A stretch of 14,199 bases of DNA from Phycisphaerales bacterium (GTDB taxonomy: Bacteria; Planctomycetota; Phycisphaerae; Phycisphaerales; UBA1924). Position numbers and translations under genes: made by a program. Each line of letters opens with the position of its first letter. Positions within the stretch are counted from its first letter, which is position 1. The stretch is from contig JAJDDL010000271.1 in NCBI GenBank assembly GCA_029260335.1, positions 1 to 14,199 of the forward strand, read 5' to 3'. The notes under the pieces were generated by a model. That model was not told where the DNA came from and searched no databases. It saw only the letters and a list, made by a program, of their open reading frames with translations. Positions 5,875 to 13,048 of the stretch are shown piece by piece.

Positions 5875-7254
5875 CTAACCAATCGAGCTTCCAACAATGC
5901 TCCAGAAGGCATCGCCTAGCTCGGCCTCAATCAGATTCGTAAACGCGTTCTCGACCGCGTCGATCAGCTCGAGATTGCTCGAGAGAACGCTCAGGGCATC
6001 AAGAACTGAGCCACCCGATCCATCGGGCATCTCAGACAGAATCACGTCGTACGCGCTGATGATGTCGCCAAAGTCAAGGAATGCTCCATCGCCATCGAAA
6101 TCTCGGACGCCGTCATCACCACCGAGCACCAGTTCGAACGCGTCCATGATCGCATCGCCCGCGCCCTCGGCGGGATCGTCGCGAATCAACTCCTCGATCT
6201 GGTCATTGGTAAACGCGCTCTTGATGACACGGTTGGCCTCGTGCATCGCCGGGCCCGCGACCGCGTTTAAGTCCTCCGCGGCGGTCATCAACGCGACGAA
6301 CTCTTCGGGCAACTCACCAAGGCCCAGTTCCAACTGACCTAGCAGAGAGATGAAATCGTCGTCAAGCCCAACGTGTTCACCGGAGTCATCGTCGTTTCCA
6401 CCGCCCCGATCGTCGGTGCCGTCATCATCCGAGCCATCTTGGGAATCATCGTCATTCCCACCGCCCTGGTCATCGGTGCCGTCATCGTTCGAGTCATCGC
6501 GGGAGTCGTCGTCGCGAGAATCCTCGTCCGCATTATGATCGCGGGCTTCATCGTCGCGTCCGCGGAAGTCATCGTCCCCGTCCTCGCCATAGAGCTCGTC
6601 TGATCCACTGTTGCCATTGAGGTCGTCGTTGCCGCGGCCGCCGTGGATGAGATCATCGCCAGCACCGCCGCTGACTCGATCATGCCCGTCATCGCCGTGC
6701 AACTCGTCGTCGCCGCGTCCGCCCTTGAGTTCGTCGTTGCCTTCCCCGCCATGGAGAGTGTCAACTCCATCATCGCCGCGGAGTTTGTCGGCTCCACCGC
6801 CGCCGTTCAGAATGTCATCGCCCTTGCGGCCACGGAGGATGTCGGCCCGATCGCCGCCGGTCAGAATGTCGTCGCCGGCCCCGCCAAGCAATCGGTTTCT
6901 GCTGTCCCCGCCGGTGATAACGTCATCGCCCCGGCCGCCTTCAATACGAAACCGGGTGAGCCTGCCCCGGTCATTGAAGAACTCGCCCGAGACTTCCGCC
7001 GAATCATCTCCCTGACCGAGCCGCACGCGAACGCGCCTGACACCTTCAAAGATGGTGCCGTCCTCAACTCCTTCGACGCCCGAGACTCGAACCTGTCCGT
7101 CGACGTCGGTGGCGTCGACGATTATGGCGTCGTCGCCATCGGTACCTCGTAGCTCGAGTGAACCCCCATCAAGGTTCGCTGAGAGAAGCTTGCGCTGCTC
7201 TAGATGCTCGAGCCCGAGGCCTAGGTCCTTGTGCGGATCACCTGATGTTGACAT
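5875..7254 (-). CDS. Highly acidic hemolysin-type (RTX-like) calcium-binding repeat protein with an N-terminal LE-x-LE-x-R-x-LLSA motif, about 12 GGxGxDxLx nonapeptide repeats, a poly-Asp block and a C-terminal EF-hand/dockerin-like loop
   Basis: ATG at 7254 is preceded by AAGGAG with an 8-nt spacer; the ORF-track start at 7365 adds 37 residues and has no SD. The nonapeptide repeats include GGRGDDVITGGDSRNRLLGGAGDDILTGGDRADILRGRKGDDILNGGGGADKLRGDDGVDTLHGGEGNDELKGGRGDDELHGDDGHDRVSGGAGDDLIHGGRGNDDLNG. The poly-Asp block reads DDDSRDDSNDDGTDDQGGGNDDDSQDGSDDDGTDDRGGGNDDDSGE. The C-terminal loop is DFDGDGAFLDFGD. The protein starts MSTSGDPHKDLGLGLEHLEQRKLLSA, so no Sec signal peptide is present. 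Confidence 0.8.
   Translation of the reverse strand: MSTSGDPHKDLGLGLEHLEQRKLLSANLDGGSLELRGTDGDDAIIVDATDVDGQVRVSGVEGVEDGTIFEGVRRVRVRLGQGDDSAEVSGEFFNDRGRLTRFRIEGGRGDDVITGGDSRNRLLGGAGDDILTGGDRADILRGRKGDDILNGGGGADKLRGDDGVDTLHGGEGNDELKGGRGDDELHGDDGHDRVSGGAGDDLIHGGRGNDDLNGNSGSDELYGEDGDDDFRGRDDEARDHNADEDSRDDDSRDDSNDDGTDDQGGGNDDDSQDGSDDDGTDDRGGGNDDDSGEHVGLDDDFISLLGQLELGLGELPEEFVALMTAAEDLNAVAGPAMHEANRVIKSAFTNDQIEELIRDDPAEGAGDAIMDAFELVLGGDDGVRDFDGDGAFLDFGDIISAYDVILSEMPDGSGGSVLDALSVLSSNLELIDAVENAFTNLIEAELGDAFWSIVGSSIG
6386..6505 (-). repeat. Two tandem 60-nt units (about 82% identical) inside the RTX-like CDS, each encoding a 20-aa Asp/Gly unit (..DDGTDD[QR]GGGNDDDS..)
   Basis: Unit A spans 6386..6445 and unit B spans 6446..6505. 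They match at 49 of 60 positions and are in frame. Confidence 0.7.
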
Positions 7255-7638
7255 AGCTGTGTCTCCTTGCAAGACGCAGAAGCGAATGCTGTGCCACTGC
7301 GCGAAATGGATTGCCACGGCCTTCAGGCCGTGGTCGGCAGGAGTCGGATTTGCAATGTTGGCCATGCCCGGCCAGACAACTGGTCATGGAACAAGGGCTG
7401 GCAGGATGATGGTGCAAACGCGAGTTCGCTCGTGCCAGCGGATTTGTCCCGGGGGCGTGGAGAATCCGGTTCCTCGGCGTAACAGTTCGCGAACCCACCC
7501 CATGCTCACAATCCCCACTCTGGGGTGATTCTCTTGGGCACCTCGTCGTGAATCCCGGTTTTACCGGATCCGTCGGCTCGCGTGCGGCTCGGTGATGACG
7601 CCGCAATGGCCCCATGTTCGCGCATCGCCCGGGTGCTT

Positions 7639-7691
7639 CGACGCGGCCCGTTCAACCGAATCGATTCATTTGCAAACCGAGTGGGCCGCGT
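7639..7691. promoter_or_regulatory. Nested inverted repeat in the divergent intergenic region: 10-bp arms gacgcggccc/gggccgcgtc flanking an internal perfect palindrome gaatcgattc
   Basis: The arms lie at 7639..7648 and 7682..7691, 33 nt apart. The internal palindrome GAATCGATTC is at 7657..7666. The element sits about 75 nt upstream of the PEP-CTERM gene 4 start and about 385 nt upstream of the divergent RTX-like gene start. Confidence 0.3.
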
Positions 7692-7763
7692 CCGGAAATG
7701 GGGGCATATTTGGCTGGGCGGTCGGGCGCCCTTGGGGAATAGGTCTGTAAAGGGGATATGACT

Positions 7764-8201
7764 ATGAATCGTCTCGCATGGCTGGGTCTCATCGCCGCCA
7801 GCTCAAGTCCAAGCCTTGCCCATGTGCGAGTGAACACTCCCAACGGCGGAGAGTCTCTGGAGGTCGGAACCAACTACATCGTCGAGTGGGAAATCGTCAT
7901 CATGCACGACACCCAGAACTGGGACGTGTTCTACTCCACCGAATCAAACGGCGGGGCCTGGGATCAGATCGGGTTCGATCTGCCCGCAGGCGACACTTCT
8001 GTGGGCAGCATCCACACATTCGAGTGGACGATCCCAGACAATCTCGCACCCGACGCGTGGTTGCGGGTCGTCCAAGACAACTCCGGGCGAGACTACGAAG
8101 ACGTGAGCGATGGGAGCTTTGCGATCGTTCCGGCACCAAGCTCTGCCGCCCTGTTGATGTTGGCCGGTGTCTGCGCGACCCGGCGGCGCCGCACGCGCTA
8201 A
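7764..8201 (+). CDS. Secreted beta-sandwich (Kre9/KNH1-like or Ig-like) domain protein with a PEP-CTERM-like anchor (VPAPSS-hydrophobic-RRRR)
   Basis: ATG at 7764 has AAAGGGGA 7 nt upstream; the alternative ATG at 7758 is only 1 nt from the SD. The signal peptide is MNRLAWLGLIAASSSPSLA/HV. The domain blocks are NTPNGGESLEVGTNYIVEWEI and FEWTIPDNLAPDAWLRVV. The C-terminus is FAIVPAPSSAALLMLAGVCATRRRRTR. Confidence 0.75.
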   Translation: MNRLAWLGLIAASSSPSLAHVRVNTPNGGESLEVGTNYIVEWEIVIMHDTQNWDVFYSTESNGGAWDQIGFDLPAGDTSVGSIHTFEWTIPDNLAPDAWLRVVQDNSGRDYEDVSDGSFAIVPAPSSAALLMLAGVCATRRRRTR

Positions 8202-8253
8202 CAGTTCTTGAATGATTAATCAAGTGGCCCGAGCGCGGACGGATCCTGCCGTA

Positions 8254-8649
8254 CTAGTGCGGCACTTCCTTCACCGCGTTGCGATTCCAGGACGGCACAC
8301 GGATCACAATCGGCCCATCGCCTTCGACCTCGCACTGGCAGCTCAGTCGGCTGTTGATCTGCAGCCCCGGAGCTTCCTCGACCCTGTCCTCCTCGGCTTC
8401 GGTCGCCTCAGAAACCTGATCGTCGCCATCTTCGAGATAAATGTGGCATGTGGAGCATGCACAGACGCCGCCGCAGGCGTGCTCGATATTGATGCCCGCC
8501 TCGATCGCGACTTCGAGAAGATGCTCGCCCTTGGCGGCCATCAGATCCCACTCGCGTTGGTCGGTGTCGGTCAGAGCGTGGGGGTCCTCGAGGATGATCT
8601 TGACGGGCACCTCCTTGGGGCCCTCAACCTCGGAATGGTGCATGTGCAT
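8254..8649 (-). CDS. Adrenodoxin-type [2Fe-2S] ferredoxin (Fdx family)
   Basis: The Cys ligand pattern is CGGVCACSTCH with a fourth Cys in SRLSCQ. The product is acidic and 131 aa long. ATG at 8649 is preceded by GAGGAAA; the ORF-track start at 8751 adds 34 residues upstream with no support. Confidence 0.85.
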   Translation of the reverse strand: MHMHHSEVEGPKEVPVKIILEDPHALTDTDQREWDLMAAKGEHLLEVAIEAGINIEHACGGVCACSTCHIYLEDGDDQVSEATEAEEDRVEEAPGLQINSRLSCQCEVEGDGPIVIRVPSWNRNAVKEVPH

Positions 8650-8728
8650 GGGACGTTTCCTCAACTGAGAATCAGAATCAATCAAGCGTAGGCGAGAGGC
8701 CGCAGTCCTGCTATCTTTACCGCACGCC

Positions 8729-9562
8729 ATGGAAGGCCCCACCGACACCACGCTCAGCGTCGTCGCTCCCGCTCACAACGAGGAGGGCAATGTCGAAGCG
8801 CTTGTCAAGGCCGTGGGCGATGCGCTCACGCCAACCGGCATCCCCTTCGAGTTTCTCATCGTGGACGACGCCTCCACCGATCAGACCGCAGCGCGGGTGC
8901 AAGATCTTCAAGCCGCCCATCCATGGCTTCGGCTCATCTCGCTCGGACGTCCTGCTGCCGGCGGCGGCAACGGCCAGTCGATCGCCTTCAAAGTCGGCTT
9001 CGCGCGGGCGCGCGGCGCACTCATCGCCGTACTCGACGCAGACCTGCAGAACGACCCGGCGGACTTGCCCGCGATGCTCGAACTTATGCAAGCCGAGAAC
9101 GCAGACTTCGTCCAAGGCGATCGCTCTGCGGCTCGTCGTCAAGGCGACGCCTGGGTACGCCAGGTCACGTCGGTCATCGGCCGCATGTCCCGAAGAATCA
9201 TCCTCGGCGACCAGGTTCGCGACACCGGTTGTTCCTTGCGCGTGATGAAACGAGAGATCGCCCTGCGCCTGCCGTTGGAGTTCAAGGGCATGCACCGGTT
9301 CATCCCGGTGACCGCAAGCCAGATGGGCTACAAGGTCATTCAGATGCCGGTGAGCCACCATCCGCGCCACGCCGGCGAAACCAAATATGGCATGGGCATC
9401 TTGCCGAGGGCCATCCCGGGCTTTATCGACTGCTTCGCCGTGCGTTGGATGCGAGCGCGCAGACGCCATCCTGTGAGCGTGACCGAAGCGCCGATGGAAG
9501 CGGAGGTTGAGGTTTCGATCGATGTCGGTCTCGGCGCACCGCTCAGGGAGCACGGCGGTTGA
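8729..9562 (+). CDS. Family-2 glycosyltransferase, polyprenyl-phosphate sugar transferase type (Dpm1/ArnC/GtrB-like)
   Basis: The N-terminus reads LSVVAPAHNEEGNVEALV. The DxD-type motifs are FLIVDDASTD and VLDADLQNDPADLP, followed by QGDR and CSLRVMKREIA. A basic C-terminal tail is present. The antisense 278-aa ORF (8717..9553) has junk composition. Confidence 0.85.
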   Translation: MEGPTDTTLSVVAPAHNEEGNVEALVKAVGDALTPTGIPFEFLIVDDASTDQTAARVQDLQAAHPWLRLISLGRPAAGGGNGQSIAFKVGFARARGALIAVLDADLQNDPADLPAMLELMQAENADFVQGDRSAARRQGDAWVRQVTSVIGRMSRRIILGDQVRDTGCSLRVMKREIALRLPLEFKGMHRFIPVTASQMGYKVIQMPVSHHPRHAGETKYGMGILPRAIPGFIDCFAVRWMRARRRHPVSVTEAPMEAEVEVSIDVGLGAPLREHGG

Positions 9563-10224
9563 AACCCGGCCCGATCATCGCGATGATTCTCTTGCCATTG
9601 CTCGGGCTGTGGCTTATTTGGAACCGGCCGAATCCGGTCGGCAACACGCCCTTGCGTGCGAATGCCGAGGTGCAGCACGTTCGAATCGGAAACTCAAGCG
9701 GGCTGATCGAGGTTGTTCTGGAGCCGGATGGGAGCAATTCGTTTCGTTTTCTGCTCGATGAGCAACCTTCGCCGGTGCTCAACGACGAGGCGATCAAGAA
9801 CCTCCTGGGCGACCGGGTCCATGCCCAGCTCATTTCCGGTCCAACCAACCCGTTGTTTCGACTCTTCAACATCGCGAACTGGGGGAGCATGATCTGGGTC
9901 GTGGTGGGTCTCGGCGGGCAGGCCGTGTTCATGAGCCGGTTTCTCATCCAGTGGATTGTGTCGGAGCGGAAACGTGAATCGGTCGTGCCTCCGGTCTTCT
10001 GGTGGATCAGCCTGGTCGGTGCCATCTTCCTCTTCGCGTACTTCATCTGGCGACGCGATATCGTGGGGGTCCTCGGCCAATCGACAGGCGTCGTGATCTA
10101 TGCCCGCAATCTGCGGCTTATCCACAAGCAGACCAAGCGGCTCGCACGCACCGACGCCGTCGCACCTGAGGGCTCGGAGCATGGGCTGGACCCCGCATCC
10201 GACACAAAGAAACCTGGGCCGTGA
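9559..10224 (+). CDS. Membrane protein with a C-terminal lipid-A-biosynthesis N-terminal (LAB_N, PF07578-like) domain, partner of the preceding GT2
   Basis: The LAB_N-like segment is WGSMIWVVVGLGGQAVFMSRFLIQWIVSERKRESVVPPVFWWISLVGAIFLFAYFIWRRDIVGVLGQSTGVVIYARNLRLI. An N-terminal helix IIAMILLPLLGLWLIW precedes it. The TTG start at 9559 overlaps the GT2 TGA and has GGGAG 9 nt upstream; an in-frame ATG at 9583 is the alternative. Confidence 0.75.
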   Translation: MKPGPIIAMILLPLLGLWLIWNRPNPVGNTPLRANAEVQHVRIGNSSGLIEVVLEPDGSNSFRFLLDEQPSPVLNDEAIKNLLGDRVHAQLISGPTNPLFRLFNIANWGSMIWVVVGLGGQAVFMSRFLIQWIVSERKRESVVPPVFWWISLVGAIFLFAYFIWRRDIVGVLGQSTGVVIYARNLRLIHKQTKRLARTDAVAPEGSEHGLDPASDTKKPGP

Positions 10225-10284
10225 TCGTGGCAATTCCAGTATTTCGCTCTTGCCAGACCCGGCAAGATCGCCGACACTAATCAC

Positions 10285-10908
10285 ATGCAGGTCTACTTGG
10301 ACAACGAGCCGCTGAGTGTTGATCGCCTGACGATGAGGTCCGCGTTCGGAGCGGCAATCGAGTCGGCGCGAGGGCTGGGGCGGGTGATCGTGGAGGTCGT
10401 CGCCGACGGGCAACCCGTCGCGGGGACGGTTCTGGCCGATCCGCCGGACGATCCACTCGATGGCGACGAACTGCGTTTCACCTCCGTCGAGCCTTGGTCC
10501 ATGGTCTACGAGATCATGCATGAGTCCGCCGAGGCGTTGGAAGCCGCGAGCGCACACCAGCGTCGCGCGAGCGAGCACCTGCTCGATAGCAAGCTCGACG
10601 AGGCCCGCGAGGATATCGACGTCGCGATGGGTATTTGGCAGCAGGTTGTGATGGCCATCCAACGCAGCGGCCAACTCCTGGATATCGATATCGAAACCCT
10701 CGAGTTTGGAGATCCGCCAACCCCACTGGGCGAAAGGGTCAAGGGGCTTGCGCAGCTCCTCACAACGTTGACTCAAGGCGCACAGAACGAGGACTGGTCC
10801 AGCCTCGGCGACCTGCTCGCCTACGAACTCGAAGAGGAAGCCGAGAACTGGCGCGAGATCGTTGTGTCGCTCGCCAAAGCGGTGCGCGACGAGAATGTCT
10901 CGCAATAA
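10285..10908 (+). CDS. Hypothetical acidic cytoplasmic protein (207 aa), no recognised domain
   Basis: ATG at 10285 lies 60 nt after the LAB_N gene. Its Glu/Asp/Leu/Ala-rich, helix-like composition looks protein-coding. The overlapping 437-aa antisense ORF (9694..11007) is Arg/His/Pro-rich junk instead. The stop TAA is at 10906..10908. Confidence 0.55.
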   Translation: MQVYLDNEPLSVDRLTMRSAFGAAIESARGLGRVIVEVVADGQPVAGTVLADPPDDPLDGDELRFTSVEPWSMVYEIMHESAEALEAASAHQRRASEHLLDSKLDEAREDIDVAMGIWQQVVMAIQRSGQLLDIDIETLEFGDPPTPLGERVKGLAQLLTTLTQGAQNEDWSSLGDLLAYELEEEAENWREIVVSLAKAVRDENVSQ

Positions 10909-11662
10909 CCCCGACCAAAGTGTGGGCGACGGCGACGCCACGGATGATCCGCGCGCAAAGCGGGCCGCGTCCGGTCCAAGGAATCCCAAGCCCAAGCCGG
11001 GCACCAACCCATTCCGTCGCGAGAGCCTCGCTCGAAGAGATCTGGAGATGGCGTGGCATTCACGCGACTACGCGGGAATCGCGAGTCTCGCAGAAACGCT
11101 CCGAAACTCTCGCGCGGTCATTCGTGAGATGGCCCTCGAGGCCGGGGCCGTCAGTGTGATCAACCGTATTGCGCAGTTGCAAGAGACACCCCAGTCCGGT
11201 TGTGTGCTGGTGACACCACCCTTGGTCGGCGCAGAGGGGCGTGGCTATCGCGACGACGCATGGACGCGCCAGATTGCGGTCCTGCTCGTAACGCGCGAGC
11301 CGCGTACGAAAGCCGGGCTCTGGCCCGTGGTTGCGGTGGGGGAAGGCTCACACCGAGGTTACGTCCAACCCCCGCCGGGCGTGCGCGAAGTGCCCGCCAC
11401 CGTGTGTCGAGACGAGATGAGCTCGCTCCCAGAACCAGACTGGTTCCTCAGCGCGTCCAAGGCCATCGGTGAGGCGGTGCTTAAGAAAACCGCGGAGCTG
11501 GAACATCCTTCGTGGCGGGTTGAGGACCTGCTCAACGCCGTGCTCGCGCATCCTGATGATGAAGCGATTCACGATGCGCTCGCGGAGGCGGCGCTCGAAG
11601 CCGCTCGCACCGAAGAACCCGAGGGCACTCGGCCGGATTCCTCAGATCCATTCTGTTTCTGA
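10895..11662 (+). CDS. Hypothetical protein (255 aa), translationally coupled to the preceding ORF
   Basis: ATG at 10895 overlaps the upstream gene by 14 nt (..gagaATGtctcgcaaTAA). The first roughly 45 residues are basic and Pro-rich. I recognise no domain in it. The ORF-track TTG start at 10862 is an unlikely extension. Confidence 0.5.
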   Translation: MSRNNPDQSVGDGDATDDPRAKRAASGPRNPKPKPGTNPFRRESLARRDLEMAWHSRDYAGIASLAETLRNSRAVIREMALEAGAVSVINRIAQLQETPQSGCVLVTPPLVGAEGRGYRDDAWTRQIAVLLVTREPRTKAGLWPVVAVGEGSHRGYVQPPPGVREVPATVCRDEMSSLPEPDWFLSASKAIGEAVLKKTAELEHPSWRVEDLLNAVLAHPDDEAIHDALAEAALEAARTEEPEGTRPDSSDPFCF

Positions 11663-11788
11663 GTCGCAATCGAGTCTGACCATTCGTCAACGACACCGTC
11701 CTGCGAGCCCAAAGCGCAAGCGAGGTTTCTTCAAAGCTTCAAGAGCTTCCAAGCGGTCAGAGATCGTTCGCGATCACGTACGACTCGG

Positions 11789-12139
11789 CTACCGCGGATA
11801 CCCGCGCCCGCGATGCCCATGTCGATCGCCGTAGTAGTAGTCCTCGCGGCGGTCGTAGTAGTAACCGTCATCGCGGTAGCCACTGTGCCCGCCATACCCG
11901 CGCCTGTCGGCACGTCGGTTCTGATCGCCAATGACAGCGCCACTCACGCCGCCGATGATCGCCCCGGCCGCTGCGCCCTTGCCCATGTCGCCAGTCAGGC
12001 TCCCTAGGCCCATGCCTGCGAGCCCGCCCAACGCGGCACCGGTCAGCCCGCCGCCGACACCGTTCGAGCATCCGCCGGCAAAGAGAACGAACCCTGCCCC
12101 GGCGGTTGCCAGTCCGAGTTTCTGGATCTTGCGAGTCAT
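11789..12139 (-). CDS. Glycine-zipper (Gly-zipper_2TM / 17-kDa-antigen-like) lipoprotein with a Tyr/Arg/Asp-rich low-complexity C-terminal tail
   Basis: The signal peptide with lipobox is MTRKIQKLGLATAGAGFVLFAGG/CSNG. The GxxxG zipper is GAALGGLAGMGLGSLTGDMGKGAAAGAIIGGVSGAVIG. The tail is RRADRRGYGGHSGYRDDGYYYDRREDYYYGDRHGHRGRGYPR. ATG at 12139 has GGAGGA 4 nt upstream; ATG at 12151 is an alternative that adds MEDV. Confidence 0.65.
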   Translation of the reverse strand: MTRKIQKLGLATAGAGFVLFAGGCSNGVGGGLTGAALGGLAGMGLGSLTGDMGKGAAAGAIIGGVSGAVIGDQNRRADRRGYGGHSGYRDDGYYYDRREDYYYGDRHGHRGRGYPR

Positions 12140-12261
12140 GACGTCCTCCATTTCTGCCTCAGGTCCAAAGCGAGAGGCTCATGTAAGTATACACTAGCTT
12201 ACGAACCGTGGTTGCCCAAACTTTGTTCCCAAACCAGAGTTTTCTTGGGGAACTTATCGGA

Positions 12262-12990
12262 CTAGTTCCAGCTACAGCCCTTGGGCCAGTCCTCAGGATG
12301 CTGATCCTCGGCTCGCCGAAGCAGGCTCGATATCGCCGACAACTCGTGCTCCACGACACCCGCTCGCTTCGACGCATTCGGCTCTGCAAGCAGCCGATAC
12401 CGCACCTCTGAATCCGATAGCATCGTGAACGAGATCAACTCCAGCACCGCCGTCGTCGGCACCTCTTCGTTCCGCAGGTACTCCAGCACCGGATCGGCCG
12501 CCGCCATCCTGCGCAAGGGCCCGTTCGAGAGCGCCGCTTCCAACCGATCACGCACCCCCAAGAGCTCATTCTCATCGCTGTGAACGCCAAACGGCTCCAG
12601 CACCGCGCGGCGGTACTGATGCTCCTCGTCGGGCATCACAAGCTCGGCGATCTTCGCCCGGCAAACGCCATGCAACAGAATGTTGTACCGACCATCGGGT
12701 AACTTCTCATGTTGCACGAGTTGGCCAATGCACACGACCGGACGAACCGGCGGGTTGCCGTGATACTCCTGCTCCCACTTCGCGCCATCAAAGACCGCCA
12801 TCGCGATCTGGCCGGCGCCATCCAGCACGTCCTCGACCATCTGGCGATAACGCGGCTCAAAGATGTGAAGCGGAACAACCTGCTGGGGAAGCATCGCAAG
12901 TGAGGCCAAAGGGAAAATCGGCATGGGCTTGCCGAAGTTCACACTAATCGCTTGCTGGTCGGACATCGACATCCCTTTCGGATACTCCAT
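12262..12990 (-). CDS. Stand-alone Lon protease N-terminal (LON substrate-binding) domain protein
   Basis: The Lon-N signature is MPIFPLASLAMLPQQVVPLHIFEPRYRQMVEDVL...RPVVCIGQLVQHEKLPDGRYNILLHGVCRAKI. No AAA+ or protease domain follows. Start candidates are 12990, 12972 and 12966. The 12966 candidate has the best SD (AAAGGGA, 6-nt spacer). The ORF-track start at 13146 would overlap the cupin gene and is rejected. Confidence 0.75.
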   Translation of the reverse strand: MEYPKGMSMSDQQAISVNFGKPMPIFPLASLAMLPQQVVPLHIFEPRYRQMVEDVLDGAGQIAMAVFDGAKWEQEYHGNPPVRPVVCIGQLVQHEKLPDGRYNILLHGVCRAKIAELVMPDEEHQYRRAVLEPFGVHSDENELLGVRDRLEAALSNGPLRRMAAADPVLEYLRNEEVPTTAVLELISFTMLSDSEVRYRLLAEPNASKRAGVVEHELSAISSLLRRAEDQHPEDWPKGCSWN

Positions 12991-13048
12991 GATAGAGATG
13001 CACGAGCCCCGGCGTTGTGCGCGCATGATCAAACATGATGAAAGTAGT

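Noticed and set aside
7052-7615. ORFs +7052..7528 and -7238..7615 in the long divergent intergenic region
   Set aside because: Neither has an RBS or recognisable motifs, and their composition is Arg/Ser/Pro-rich. The region is better treated as regulatory DNA.
7693-7725. Sigma-54-like TGG...GC pattern upstream of PEP-CTERM gene 4
   Set aside because: The GG-to-GC spacing is off by one in every alignment tried, and sigma-54 spacing is strict.
8213-8222. Perfect AT-rich palindrome TGATTAATCA in the 52-bp convergent gap between gene 4 and the ferredoxin
   Set aside because: The element is short and isolated. It lies between two convergent stop codons, where a regulator site has no obvious target. 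It could be a chance or termination-related feature.
8717-9553. 278-aa minus-strand ORF antisense to the GT2 gene (and overlapping +8790..9245 and +8923..9510)
   Set aside because: The GT2 DxD and QxxRW-type motifs are present only in the plus-strand frame.
9694-11007. 437-aa minus-strand ORF overlapping the LAB_N gene and both hypothetical genes
   Set aside because: Its product is Arg/His/Pro/Gly-rich with no motifs. That is the typical antisense ORF shadow of GC-rich coding sequence. The opposite strand carries a convincing LAB_N domain and coupled genes.
12210-12238. Imperfect hairpin gttcccaa...ttggggaac downstream of the Lon-N gene
   Set aside because: The stem is bulged and no U-run follows on the transcribed strand, so it cannot be called a terminator.
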